This document shows positions 1-12,025 of a DNA stretch of 64,000 bases, piece after piece. This DNA comes from Schmidtea polychroa (lineage: Eukaryota). Numbering within the stretch: position 1 is the stretch's first letter; each line of letters begins with the position of its first letter. The DNA lies in the NCBI GenBank assembly GCA_044892525.1, contig CM097885.1:81840001-81904000 (forward strand), given 5' to 3'. Under the pieces are notes generated by a model, which saw nothing but the letters and a program-made list of their open reading frames with translations, was not told where the DNA came from and ran no database searches. The translations under genes and the position numbers were made by a program.

Positions 1-655
1 ACAATTATTTTAATTTATTTACCCTGCAATTATAATTCGAATTGTTATTCCCTTATCTGGTGTCTCGGGTCTCACTGCGCATCGGGTTTTCTTCAGTGCT
101 CGGGTTCCCCATGGGCTCGGGCTCCCCATTACAGATTAATTAATTTTAATTAATTTGTTTTTCCTTATTAACTTTTTCTATGATCATCCTATTACATTTT
201 TATTATGCTTTCTAACCTCGTCTAACAATTTGGCATTCAACCATACCCGATACCCCCCCGTTCAATATTGATTTTTAATTTTCATTAAATTTTAATTAAT
301 TTTGTACTTATATTGATTTAACCAATTTTCGTTCTGCTTTCTTGTACCATGTGAAATTTATTTTGTTTTTGCTCTAACCCCAACAAATTTATCCAATTCT
401 CCTTTCTGTTGGTTGTCAACTTGCTCGCGTCTTTTTTTAATTTGTCTTTCTTTAAGCTCCTGATAGATGTCGCTTCATTTTCCTGCTACCTATGAAATGA
501 AAATATAAAATTTAATAGTCTAAAATTTACAAATGATTAGAATACTATAGAAGGGATTTTGCACTAAATAACAATAAATTAATGATTAATATAAATTAAA
601 AATTTATTCATAAACTACAAAAATCCAGGCGCTGATGTAACAAGGATAAATTCTA

Positions 656-745
656 CAGGGCTTTGAACTGGGTCTGAATCGAAAACTGAAAAAAAACGTT
701 ATTTTTTCTGTAACGAAAACTGAAACATAAATGTTCGAAGCCCTG
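656..745. mobile_element. hAT-type MITE
   Basis: TIRs CAGGGCTTTGAAC / GTTCGAAGCCCTG; flanking 8-mers AAATTCTA / TAATTCAA (6/8 match, degenerate TSD). Confidence 0.6.
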
Positions 746-1889
746 TAATTCAATTTTAATGGGTATAATTTAAACACTAGGAATTAATTTTATTTTAATA
801 TTATTTTAACTTACCTGAATATTTATTTAAGGGCACAAAAAATATTTTAGCAATTGGTAATCAAATTGGTAATCTAGGTTACAAATAGCGATTTTGAAGC
901 GAAAAAATATTTTGATCATAATTACAATTTAATTATTAAAATTGGTATCTGTATTTCGATTGAAAAAATTCAAACTGTATTCCTTCTTAAAAAACCAATT
1001 GAACCATTATAAAAAAGTTATCAGATTAAAAAAACTAATTGATATTTTTATTGCTTTTTCGTATATGTTTATATTTTGTTTTTATAAAGAGAACAACATA
1101 TTTATATTAAGCGTTGTTTATCATTTATCATATGCATTTTAAATAAACAAAATATTAAATACCGTATTTAGTTATTAACCTATATTAACTTATAACTTCT
1201 TGTTTCATTAAAACATTTCTCATCATTTTTACAGATCATTATTTAAAAAATAATTTTAAAAAAGTAGCATTGTATGTAATTAAAATTGCACATATGAAAC
1301 CCAAATAATCATTAAAAAATTAGGTTTTTGCGGGGCCTGGGACATCAATTGATCAATGCTTCGGTAGCAGTACCTTAGTAGCATAACCTATTTGGGATTA
1401 TTTTATTTGTTTGAACCCGAGCATGCAAAAATCGAAATTAAAGTATTATTTTAAAAATTCTTAATTTTAACGTAAGGTAAAATTAGGATTCTGAATTTTC
1501 AAAATTTAATTAAAATATAAATTAGACATTTAAAATTTTAACTTAAATTTATTAACACTATCTAAAATGTGATATTATATTATTAACGGTTATTTTCCAA
1601 ATAATATGCCGCATACAGTATTTTGTTGGAAATTATTTGTGTCAGAGTGTTTATTTTGTTCTAAATCATTATATGTTTAGAATGGTAGTTTCGTTATGTA
1701 ATTCCACAATCGAAACACAATTGCTTATCTGTTCTTGAACTACGGTTTCGGTTTTTTTTAATTAAAAATCATCTTTAGTTTAGTTGTTTTTTCAATGATT
1801 TTATCGAACTTTCTTTGTTTTTCTTTTGCTAATTTTCTACTTTGATAAGTACTATTATGGGGGTTTTCAGATATTTTATACCTTTGATT

Positions 1890-2398
1890 GTTATCTTATT
1901 TTGTGTTTTTATGCTCTCGATTGTTATTCTTTATTACCAGTTCGTGGCAAGAAATGTTGTAGAGTCCAGCGGAGTCTCCTGTAAAAACACTGTTTCGGGA
2001 CAGCTGGTGTGTGTGTGTGTAATGTAAAATGCAAAAAAAAGATGATAATAATAATAAGAAGAAGCGGAACAAAAATAAAAAAATGATTAATTGAAACTTT
2101 ATTAATAAACAAAAGCTACTTGGTGTGCCGGGGAATTGACTTCGAATTCACAACAAAAATATCAAAATGATCTAAATCTTCTCTTCGATTTTTATCTTTT
2201 TGAATTTAATATAGCAATAATTTACTACAGTAAATTATCTCTATATAGTTTTTTTTTAAATTTCCTTTCCCCGACACTGCGGGGACGATAACAAAATAAA
2301 AAACGCAGATCCTAATTAGGATATCGTTTGCAATAATTATTTACAATTGGTCACAATTATTCATAACAATCCATTACAACCACTATTTATTTTAGGCC
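1890..2398. mobile_element. LTR-family remnant, same family as solo LTR 45430-45944
   Basis: Shares the core GAGTC(T/A)CC-TGTAAAAA-ACTGT-TCGGGACAG-TGGTGTGTG and the 3' ...ATTACA end with the 45430 solo LTR; boundaries approximate, no TSD found. Confidence 0.45.
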
Positions 2399-3813
2399 CT
2401 TCCATTTAATTTATTTTACCTAAATATTTAAACAATACCTCTGTAAAAAAATATTTAAAATATATAAAAATCGCTTACCATAAAACTATAAAATATTATT
2501 TACTAAAAAAATTATAACAAATTCAACTTGAATTCAAATTTTTAAAAATTTTAACTTCAATAATCTTTTTATTTTACATACAACAAATTTGAAAACCCAT
2601 TAGTAAAAACCGTCAGTAAAACAAAAACAAAGTACTACTATAAATAATATTAATGTATATTAACAGTATTATCTTGTTTAATTCTTATTTTCTATTAGAT
2701 AATTTAATTATAATTATCAATAAATATGTAAATATTTTGAAAAAAAATTACAAAAAAAGTTATATTGCAAGTGCCCTTTTTCGGTTGGTATTCTCAGTAT
2801 TCTCATTAATAATCGAAATATGTGCATATCATTTGGATCATTAATGTTATAAAAAATATTCTAATGACACAAATTTTAAAATAAGTGTATTCATCGATTA
2901 AATCCAATATATCAAATTCGTCTTCAGCCTTTAATATCCATGGTAGGTCACTACAAGAGGTCCGGAGATCGACCTCTGGTGGACAGATGTAAGTAGCCGA
3001 GAAAGCGGCTTCGGTGGCCTGTTTGGCACGCCTGCGTTTGGTCCGTTCAACACTCGAAATTTACTTGAAATTCGAACGTTGAGGAGCCAATGGGACTAGA
3101 GGCTGCTCAAGTCGTGGTTCAATGACGATCGAAATTCAGCTTGTCCTGGCGAACGGGGCTATTCGTGGCGTCGAGCTGGGAGTCGATATAGTGCATCCTG
3201 CACAAGCCAAGCTGGTCGAGATAGCTATGCAATCCGCCAGAGGTTGCATTTTTCGGCTGAAGTTAGCCCCTTGATTCGGTACTAACGTTCCTTAAATGCC
3301 CTCTGATATTTAAATATTAAATGCTAGCAATGCAGTTTCCCTAGAAAACTGTTGCTGTGTGTCGAATACTAATTAAACCTTGCTTAAACTGTTACAACTG
3401 ATTTAATCGATTAACTCGATGACCAATTTCTGTTTAGCAGAATTACCTTATCTGGTAAAGTAACGATGAAAACGCTAATTACATTTTTGTAAAATTATCA
3501 CTTTCGCTAATCATTTGTCGTAGTACAGATTCGACTTCTTTTCGCTGTTTCTCGAAACTAATGATTGACTGTTTAATTCTGTTTCAGTTTTTAAATTAGT
3601 TATGTGCGTTGGTCTGTGATCTACCAATCAATTTTATTGATACAAAATACTGGGTCCTGGTCAGCTAAGATTCTGACCTTATATATGAAATTTTTGCAAA
3701 AATTATTTATGAAAATTACTATTTATATTTTTTAAAATATTTATTTACTACTAATTATATTTTCTATCTATTTATAGCACTTATTTTTATTCCTATTATT
3801 TATATTTATATTA

Positions 3814-3913
3814 CCGTATTTTTCGGACCATAAAGCGCACAGTGTTATAAGGCGCACACATTAAATGACACAAAACTCTGATAAGTCAAACTTTATTTGG
3901 TCCGAAAATACGG
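3814..3913. mobile_element. pogo/Tc1-mariner-type MITE
   Basis: TIRs CCGTATTTTTCGGACCA / TGGTCCGAAAATACGG with TA on both sides. Confidence 0.75.
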
Positions 3914-4369
3914 TATTAATTTATTTATAGTAATTATTTGTTTCTAATTATATTTTTTTATCTATTTACTCTAATTATTCTATACAACGAATATATTTCC
4001 TAATATACTATCTAAGCAAACTCCAAGCGAGCTCAGACCCAACCCTAACATTTCATCTCCTTAACAAGATTTTCGTCCCGAAAATTAAGGGGTATGAAGA
4101 AAACATGCGACACACTAAAAGTAAAATTCAAATAAAACATAAAATATGCATAATACATAATTATATACATGACACACACAGTATATCATAAAAATGCCCA
4201 CTGACTGATGCAAATAATAGTTCATAATCAAAGTTTATACTCACAAATGTTTATTATAAATGTTCCTAAGATTTGTAAAATACTGGATTGAGCTGTAGCC
4301 GAATGGCTAGTATTTTTTCCGCTGAATTCCACGGGCTTTCGGTGCCGATATGCAACCTTAGTTAACGTC

Positions 4370-5203
4370 CTGGTTGTAACTAACTACTAGGTTCTTCCTA
4401 GTGTTAATTTCACGATATATAATCGTGGAAACCATGTAGGTTCCCTCATCGATTTTTACCACATCCGTAGTTGGGTATTGCGAAACAGCCATTTCCTGAA
4501 TAGGCTTGACATCAAATTCTGTGACTCGGTGCTTACAACGCGTTGCCAGTCTTTGCCAATATCTTGGGTCTTCGTTATCCAGTTCCCTCAGTTGGCTTTT
4601 AGCTCTGCCTCGAAACTGGAGTTCTCCTTTTGTTAGAGGTTCTGATTTGATTTGTAAGGCGGCCGTAAGTTCCTCTTGTGGTGGCTGGTTTTCTGGACCG
4701 ATACTTTTGGCATCTATTTCCTGTGACTGTGCTTCATTGGGGCTAGTTCGCCCAGGACATCTGTGACTTCCTCTATCACCTTTGCAGTTGGCTGTTGTTC
4801 TTCTGTCAGAATATGTATTTTAAGGGTGAACTCTTCGTCTTCGTCACTTTCCCACGTAGCGTAATCTTCCTCATCAGCCAATGATACTGATGAAAGTTAG
4901 AATGTCTTCCTCGGTGATTCGTTGTAATTTTGTCGGTGTATGGTTATTCAAGCTTAAGCTCTCCATAGTTCTTTTCTTGCTTCCTCCTGTGACAAAGGGT
5001 TGCTTGGGTGTTGTCTGAATCTGTGATGAAATCACATTTTGTCGATTTCCTTGTATAATGTTGTCTACCCATTGATGCTTAATTTTCAAATAAATCGGCC
5101 TTATGGTCGTAACGTCATCTTCCGTCTTTAGATCTATTTTCTGACCTATTTTCGTTATAGTATTACCTTTTTGAGGTATTCTAGCCGATAATGCTCGTTG
5201 CAT
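4370..5203 (-). pseudogene. Degenerate ORF of unknown function, about 270 codons with frameshifts
   Basis: ORF 4874-5203 continues after frameshifts as ADEEDYATWESDEDEEFTLKIHILTEEQQ...QFRGRAKSQLRELDNEDPRYWQRLATRCKHRVTEFDVKPIQ...VSYNQDVN*; GC-richer than its flanks; no recognisable domain. Confidence 0.45.
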
Positions 5204-5385
5204 TTTTTCAAGTCTTGGTTATCGAGGCACTTTGCTGCCCCTAGATCTCTGATTCCTAAAGCTCGTTGGATTGTGAACTGAATGGTACTTAGCAAATACT
5301 TAAAATGCTAGACCGACAATAATGTGTTTTTGTCGCATAATTTTCGGATCCTATCTGCGCAGTCATATCCATCTTATTAAAGGAA

Positions 5386-5775
5386 TTGGTTGCTTACAAA
5401 GCATTTATGATTGAAAATTTGCAATCCTTAGATAATGAAACTTTTTCAGATCGGATTCATTCTGAAGTGCTAGATGATATCGTTCTACGATTGGAAGTTC
5501 TTGGACTTGTATTTACAGAAATTAATGATGACAGAAAATCCAGTGATAAATCAACAGATGTTGTAAATTTTATCAGCAACGATGAAGATGATCTAAATGA
5601 CATGGCCGATATTATCTGGCAAGCTCTCATCATCGATTTTCCAGGTTTCATTACTGATATAACTTTCAGTTGGTGGCTAAGGTTGTTTAGGAAAAGTATC
5701 AACATTTTTAGCTCCGAGAATATTACACACATAATCGAAGACCTATTTCCAACAATCTTTTCAAAACTATTTTAA
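5386..5775 (+). CDS. Unknown helical protein, possibly death-fold (CARD-like)
   Basis: 129-codon intronless ORF; the segment LDDIVLRLEVLGLVFTE...SSDKSTDVVNFI...IIWQAL loosely resembles CARD helix spacing (by eye only). Confidence 0.35.
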   Translation: MVAYKAFMIENLQSLDNETFSDRIHSEVLDDIVLRLEVLGLVFTEINDDRKSSDKSTDVVNFISNDEDDLNDMADIIWQALIIDFPGFITDITFSWWLRLFRKSINIFSSENITHIIEDLFPTIFSKLF

Positions 5776-5795
5776 AATATTTAAAAAAATTGGAT

Positions 5796-6612
5796 ATGAA
5801 TAGACATCAGCTCACACGAGATGGTAGCGCCGCGCCGGGGCCTAATAATTTCCAGATATTTGTACAAAATTCCGTAATAAATAGAACCCAATCCTTTTTC
5901 GTAAACACAGACATAAAAATTAATTGTCTCTCTCAGTCATACTGTATGTTGACTAATTACAAATGCCATTTTCTTTTTTCGTATAACGGCACCATGCTCT
6001 CAGATAGTCGTACACTAGGTGACTACGGAGTGACACCATACCGCGTCATTCATTGTTTTTTTGCCACTTTATGGCGGTTCCCCAGATTCGGAGAATGACA
6101 TTGGCAGCAACCACAACTCAACAAGGACTAATCGCAAGTCCAATAATCAGCGTTTGACTTATTTATGTCAATATTTTTTGGATGAGAATAACTCTCCCCT
6201 TATTTGGCTGATTGCTACTGAACTAGCACTTGAGGGAATTGAGGTCACCAGTTCGCGAGACAAATACTGTCGCATTTTACCGTTTATTCCTCCAACGATA
6301 CAGTGGCGGAACTTCAAAATTTGGGCCCCCGCGCAATGTAGAATATTTCCACTTAAATTTTTCGGTTAAAGTTTAATACATAGTTATTCACAGCAGCCGC
6401 TATTCAATGAGAGTTTTATGTTTGTAGGCAAATATAACTGCGGGAAAAGTTTCAGAAAATGATTGTAAATATTTTTTTGGTAATAATTTTGGGCCCCCTA
6501 TAGCTGGTGGGCCCCCGCAACGCAGGGTCCTGTCCACTAGTTACGCCACTGCAACGATATTAATTAATGTTGGGCTAGAACGCGTCTCTTTCATTCTAAA
6601 ATTTTCTTAGAA
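5796..6612 (+). pseudogene. Ubiquitin-like domain fused to an unknown C-terminal extension; frameshifted and MITE-interrupted
   Basis: FQIFVQNSVINRTQSF...FSYNGTMLSDSRTLGDYGVTPYRVIHCF aligns with ubiquitin (MQIFVK...[25 protein letters not shown]). Removing one T from the T7 run near 6056-6062 gives HCFLPLYGG and joins ORF 6061-6369. Removing MITE 6301-6551 extends the frame to ...PPTILINVGLERVSFILKFS*. Confidence 0.65.
6301..6551. mobile_element. hAT-type MITE
   Basis: TIRs CAGTGGCGGAAC / GTTACGCCACTG; perfect 8-bp TSD CAACGATA at 6293-6300 and 6552-6559. Confidence 0.9.
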
Positions 6613-7149
6613 CTATTGCATCCGTGTCTGTGTGTATGGCAGCATTGTGAATGTGTGCGTGTCATCAACAAAAAGAAAAATTCCTCCTGTCATAAATAAA
6701 TAAATTGAATTTGGGATTCGAAAATAAATAAAGAAATTACCGACATAAATTAAATTATTAACTAAGTTGGTCTACATAGAAAAATCTAAAATCTGTGAAT
6801 TTCCTGGCTAGTAATTTATCAAACTGCAGCATAATTTCCAACATACTTGCATAGTTATAAAAAATGACAGTAATTGAGCATAGTAGTAGCAGAACACGAC
6901 GATCACAGTAATCCCAGCCGATATTTAACTATGCACACTGACAATCTGAGTGAGTAAATTCCTCGTCCATTATTTACGGCCTACCTAATTTTGCCATCAC
7001 AATAGACAACAGTAGTGAAAATAAATTCGTTCTTCCTTCATTAGATTGCTCCATGACAACGCACACACCAAAAGAAAAATAAATTATATAAGGACGAACT
7101 GCCAATTATTTAAATTAAATTATTTCGACTAAGTCGAAAACGACAAAAC

Positions 7150-7360
7150 AAAAAATTCTTATTATTATTTTTATTATTATTATTATTATTATTATTTATT
7201 ATTTTTATTTATTAATATTATTATTTCTATTATTAATTAATATCATTATTAATATTCTTATTCTTATTTTTTATTATTTAATATTTATTATTAATATTAT
7301 TATTAATATTATTATTTATTTTTATTATTAATTAATATTATTATTAATTATTATTAGGGT
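7150..7360. repeat. (ATT)n-like low-complexity tract
   Basis: Run of ATT/TATT repeats. Confidence 0.8.
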
Positions 7361-7807
7361 TTGTTTAAATTATCTGTTTGTATATATAACTTTTGTATAA
7401 AATTAGATATATTTCTTTAGATATTTATCTCACTGTAAGTGTTATTTTTTCTTAGCATAATTTTGAAATTATAGCTCATATAGTCCTAGCACATTTCTCA
7501 TATTATCACTGGTGAACAAAATCTTCTGCTGTCTTTTTCAAACTTTGAAGCTTCTTAGCATTTAAAATGTAACACAAAAAAACTCATCTAACTAATAGTT
7601 GATAAAATATAGCAAGTCTTAGCTTTCCTGTTAAAGTGAAATTTATTCATTGATGTTAATTTCTTTTAGTCTTAGTTATGTCGAAAGGGCTTTTTGTTTT
7701 TGTCAGCGTTGAAAACTAAAAATAGTTAATCAATATCAAAATAATATCAACTAAATAAACAAACTAAAAATTAAAACTACAACTTTTATTTATAAAAAGT
7801 AAAAACC

Positions 7808-8368
7808 TTGTATGGGATGAGATGTCAAAACGATACAATATGTTTTGAGGATATAGAATTAGAAGATTGTGTGAAATTTATTATATGCGGTCATTCAATC
7901 TGTCGCGAATCTAATTCACAATTGATAATTAATTATAATGAGGACATTATCCTATGCCCATTGGACAGACGGGAAGTCAACCAATTATCCATTCACAATT
8001 GTGATGGCGTCCTTACGACGGTGTCAGTTAATGAGTTAAGGGACGAATTAGAGGAAACTCGTCAACATTTCATGAAATATATATTTGAAAGTCTTCCAAT
8101 TACGAAGAAAACGATCTCCAGTTACAATCGCAACCTAGTATTGCTCTAAACTCATTATAATAATTTGAACCAAATTATCCATAATTCAGTCGGAAATAAT
8201 GAAAAAACCCAGCCAGTTTCCACAAAGATAAAAGAAGAAAATAAAAGATTTGTCGATGAAATCAAATCATTAACAACAGAGGTTATTCCTGAATATAAGA
8301 ATGCTATTAAAATTTATTCGTATGTCGACTACCATTTTGAGAACCTCCGTAGTGAAGTTTTAATATAA
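7808..8368 (+). pseudogene. Degenerate RING-finger (C3HC4) protein with coiled-coil tail
   Basis: DTICFED...IICGHSICRES...ILCPLDRRE is a RING pattern with two Cys ligands lost; followed by helical segments (ORFs 7808-8149 and 8165-8368); no introns needed. Confidence 0.6.
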
Positions 8369-8587
8369 ACTCATCAACCCTTATGAAGCAATTTCGATGC
8401 CATCAGGGAATTTAATGAACTTTACATTTTCAATCTTGTTATTGATAAAAATTCCTCCAAAGCTTCATTCGACCTGCTTTTGAAATTATTTCATATTTCA
8501 TATTTTGCATTTCCTCGTATACATTTCAATATTCCATAACTCTCCAACGGTTGCAGCGATGTCTTTATCGATTTTGACAATCTCATC

Positions 8588-8715
8588 GAATGCCTAATTT
8601 GTAGAAAATCGACAAATGTCGACCTTTCGGTGTGCTCCATTGTGGCAATCATATATTGTGTATTGAATGCTTGGAGAAATGGGCGATTTTTCAGGTCATT
8701 GTCCAATAGATGGTT
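8588..8715 (+). pseudogene. Second RING finger with two frameshifts, not in the ORF track
   Basis: ECLICRKSTNVDLS / LHCGNHILCIECLEKWAIF / SGHCPIDG gives C-x2-C...C-G-N-H-x2-C-x2-C...C-P-x-D across two frameshifts. Confidence 0.6.
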
Positions 8716-8999
8716 TCAACCAATCAAATTCATTGATAAATGTTATCAGCACTCCAACAGCCGGATTGCATAATCAATATATAAAAAAGTTTTGATTTAA
8801 AACAGATCAAGATCTCTCTGCTATCGATCATTCCACATAGTAATGAGCTTATTGAAACATCACTAAGGGCAAATTTAAATCTCATTATAGAAGTTCTAGA
8901 ATGCTAACTTATTGACAAGAGTGCGGCGACTTACGAAGCTCTTCGAAACCGATTTTAAAAAGAAATTCAAATACTTTCTTTGAATTATTACGAAGTTTG

Positions 9000-11900
9000 T
9001 TTCGAAATTATAAAATTTAAATTTACATTTGCTACTTATAAAATTCTAATAATAGAGGTGGCCTTATGTCAGAGATAGAAATCATTCTTTCGTCTATGTG
9101 GTTCCAAACGAACTAATACTTCCACTCCCACCATGAATACTCGAGTACCTCGCTTGTCTATATCTCTACTTTTCATTGTTGTCACTGCTTTCTCTATATA
9201 TTTTTTTGTTTTATTTACGATTTCTACTCTGCTTTTTTATATATGTCCTAATCCAGAATATAAATTAATCTTCCGGTCATATACAATTTCAAAAGGTAAA
9301 ATATTTGTCGAGTTTTGTACTGTAGCATTCAAACTAAATTCAATCTTTGGTAACAATTTGCACCAATTATTTTCTGTTCTAATATCTGTCAATGATGTTG
9401 CCAGCATGGCCCGAACTGTTCTTATTATTCGTTCAGCTAAACCATTTGATTGATGTTGGTATGGTGAACTAAATTCTTGTTTTATGCCAAATCTTTTCAT
9501 CTAATCATGAAACATTGATCCTTCAAAATTTCTTCCTCTAGCTGTAAGAATGCTTTCTGGACTACCAAACCGATATATCCAATTATTCAGAATGACATTC
9601 AAAATCGTTGATTGATCCTGTGTACTTGTTGTTGATAAACTGACCAATTTACTAAAACGATCTATTATCATTATCCTATATTTCTTACTTGCTTTTGTTT
9701 CCATATATGCAATATCCACTACTATCTAAACCGTTCTTCTTTTCTTGGCAATAGGATTTCCTCTGTTCTTCTTTGATCAATCTTTCTACTAGCACAGATC
9801 TTGAATTTATTAATACATTTCGTAATACTCTAATTCATGAATGGCCAAAAGAAAAAATCTTTTATATAACATAAAGTCTTCATAATGCCCGGATGGCATA
9901 ATTCAATATGAAAATAATTTACCAATGTTTTTAGGTACGTGTCAGGTACTACAACTGCAACTTTTCCATCTGTATTAATCATCAATACGTCGTCTTGTAT
10001 CTGTAATATTTTTAAATTCTTGAAAATATTACTACTGATTGTTTCATAAGATATATGAGCCTCATTTCCATTAAGATGTGATATGATTTCTGAAATAATT
10101 CTGTCTTCGTTTTGCTTCTGTTTAATAATTTCCATAATGTTTGAACTTCCTTGTATACTATTTATATACCGAGTTCTACACTTTGTTTCTTTGGCGTCCT
10201 TGTGTTTCATCTGACAATGAGCGCATATCGTATTATTTAAACGAGACATACCATCTACATTTCCATGTTCTTCTTCTGGTATTTTGTTAAATCGGAGGAC
10301 CTCAAGTCGTTATTTCATGTGTTATTACTTTTTTATGACCTAAGTCAAACTGGATGCCATGAAAATGTTGCTAAACTTATATATTGAAGTACCCAACTTC
10401 GAATTCCTATCCAACTTAAGTGTCGATAACGCCAACTCTAGTCGATCAGAATTTGTAAATCTCTTAGTAACCAATGTGGCATCAATATTACTGACTTCTT
10501 TAAGCTCCATGCTAAATATTCTCATGGTGTCTACCCCTCCTATAAAATCTGGCTGAATTTTTCTGATAATAATAACATTCAATTCTGGACATTTGTTGTT
10601 CCATTTTGCAACGATATTTACGCTTCCGAGAGGTTTCTCATCTTCTTTTGAAAATACTCCACTCAACCGTACTCTGCGTTCCATCAATGCTGGACTGCCA
10701 ATCAATCTTCAACATTTTTCACTCATCACACTGATTGAAGCTCCTGAATCCCATAGCATTTCAATATAAAATTCATTTATTTCCATTGCACTCTACTTCC
10801 TATCGTCAATCTTCTTAAACATCACATCCTTCGCTACAACATTTAGTTTTTTATATTCATCTACTGTCTCGATCCTACTTACGAAATGTAAATAACATGG
10901 TCTTCTTGGTTCTTTTCTCTCAACATTATGCATGACTGGTTCTATCAATTCTTCTGATCTATCGTCGTCTTCTTCGAGTATACAATACATTCTTCGTTCC
11001 GGTCTTTGAGTATTACTTCTTTGACCTTCAACGGACACTCAAATCGCATATGATCACTTTGCCCACAACAAAAGCATTCACCATGTCTTAACCTTTCTTC
11101 TGCTGGCTCAGGTAAACCATAACATCTATTATAAACCTTTCTCGCGATATGTTTCATTGAAACTAACGGTGATGGTCCGTAGTTGTCCTTTCATTATATT
11201 GTTCTGCCACAGGTTTCACTTTATCAATTCGTCTTTCATTTCTTTCATTTCTATATTGATAACTTTTTTCTGGTTGACGACTTGAATATATTCTATTATC
11301 AAAAAATGATTTTTGAGTCCACTGCTTCTGGTTATCTTGAGCAACGTTTGCATATGTTGATTTAGCTACTGGCTGAACTTCTTCCAATCGTTCTTTTGCA
11401 TCATAACCTTCTCGTGTCTCATATACCTTTGCTAAATTTCTGATTTCTTCTCTCGTGAGGTTGGCCTTCGTTGATATATTTTCTTTCAAACGTTCGTTCC
11501 GAACTCTGTTGCACAAAACCATTTTAACAATATTCTCTTTTGAAATTATGCAGTCGAAAACCTCGTCAACGAGTTTCTTCACTCGTATCTTGAATGTAAC
11601 GAATCTTTCATCATGATTTTGTTTCACTGATGATAAGTCACAAATTTTATTTTACACATTTATTTCTTTTTTGTAAATGTGTCATTAAACCATTCACGAG
11701 CTTTTTCATTTGTTGTGGAGATGTCTTTAAATTCTTTCCAGAGAATAGATACCTCTTCAGACAATAACAAATCAAAAATACTTACTAAATTTAGATCATT
11801 AAGGATCATCCAATCTTCAATATCCTTGAGACATTTCTCTGCTTCTATCGTGCTTCGGCCCTCGAATCTTCTGATATTAAAATTTAAAACATCTTTTGCC

Positions 11901-12025
11901 TTTTTAGGTAAAGATTCCATAACCATCTTTCTATGCTGCGTTCTTGTCACTACTTGAATCGGCTCGATTTTCTCGGCGTGGTTCCCAGTTACAATTTCTT
12001 CACAAATCATAATAATAAATGACAA
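9000..12025 (-). mobile_element. Ty3/gypsy element A, degenerate: gag, zinc knuckle, protease and integrase; RT and RNaseH deleted
   Basis: gag 11163-12025; knuckle CFCCGQSDHMRFEC (10945-11157); protease LWDSGAS near 10745-10765; sequence jumps from ...FSNIFMASS to the RNaseH C-terminal remnant HGNVDGMSR; integrase HxxxxH, MDIA, TARG (catalytic D mutated), QSNGLAERIIRT (9237-10249). No LTR pair identified. Confidence 0.85.

Noticed and set aside
8491-8706. ORF-track minus-strand 71-aa ORF
   Set aside because: Antisense shadow of the frameshifted plus-strand RING
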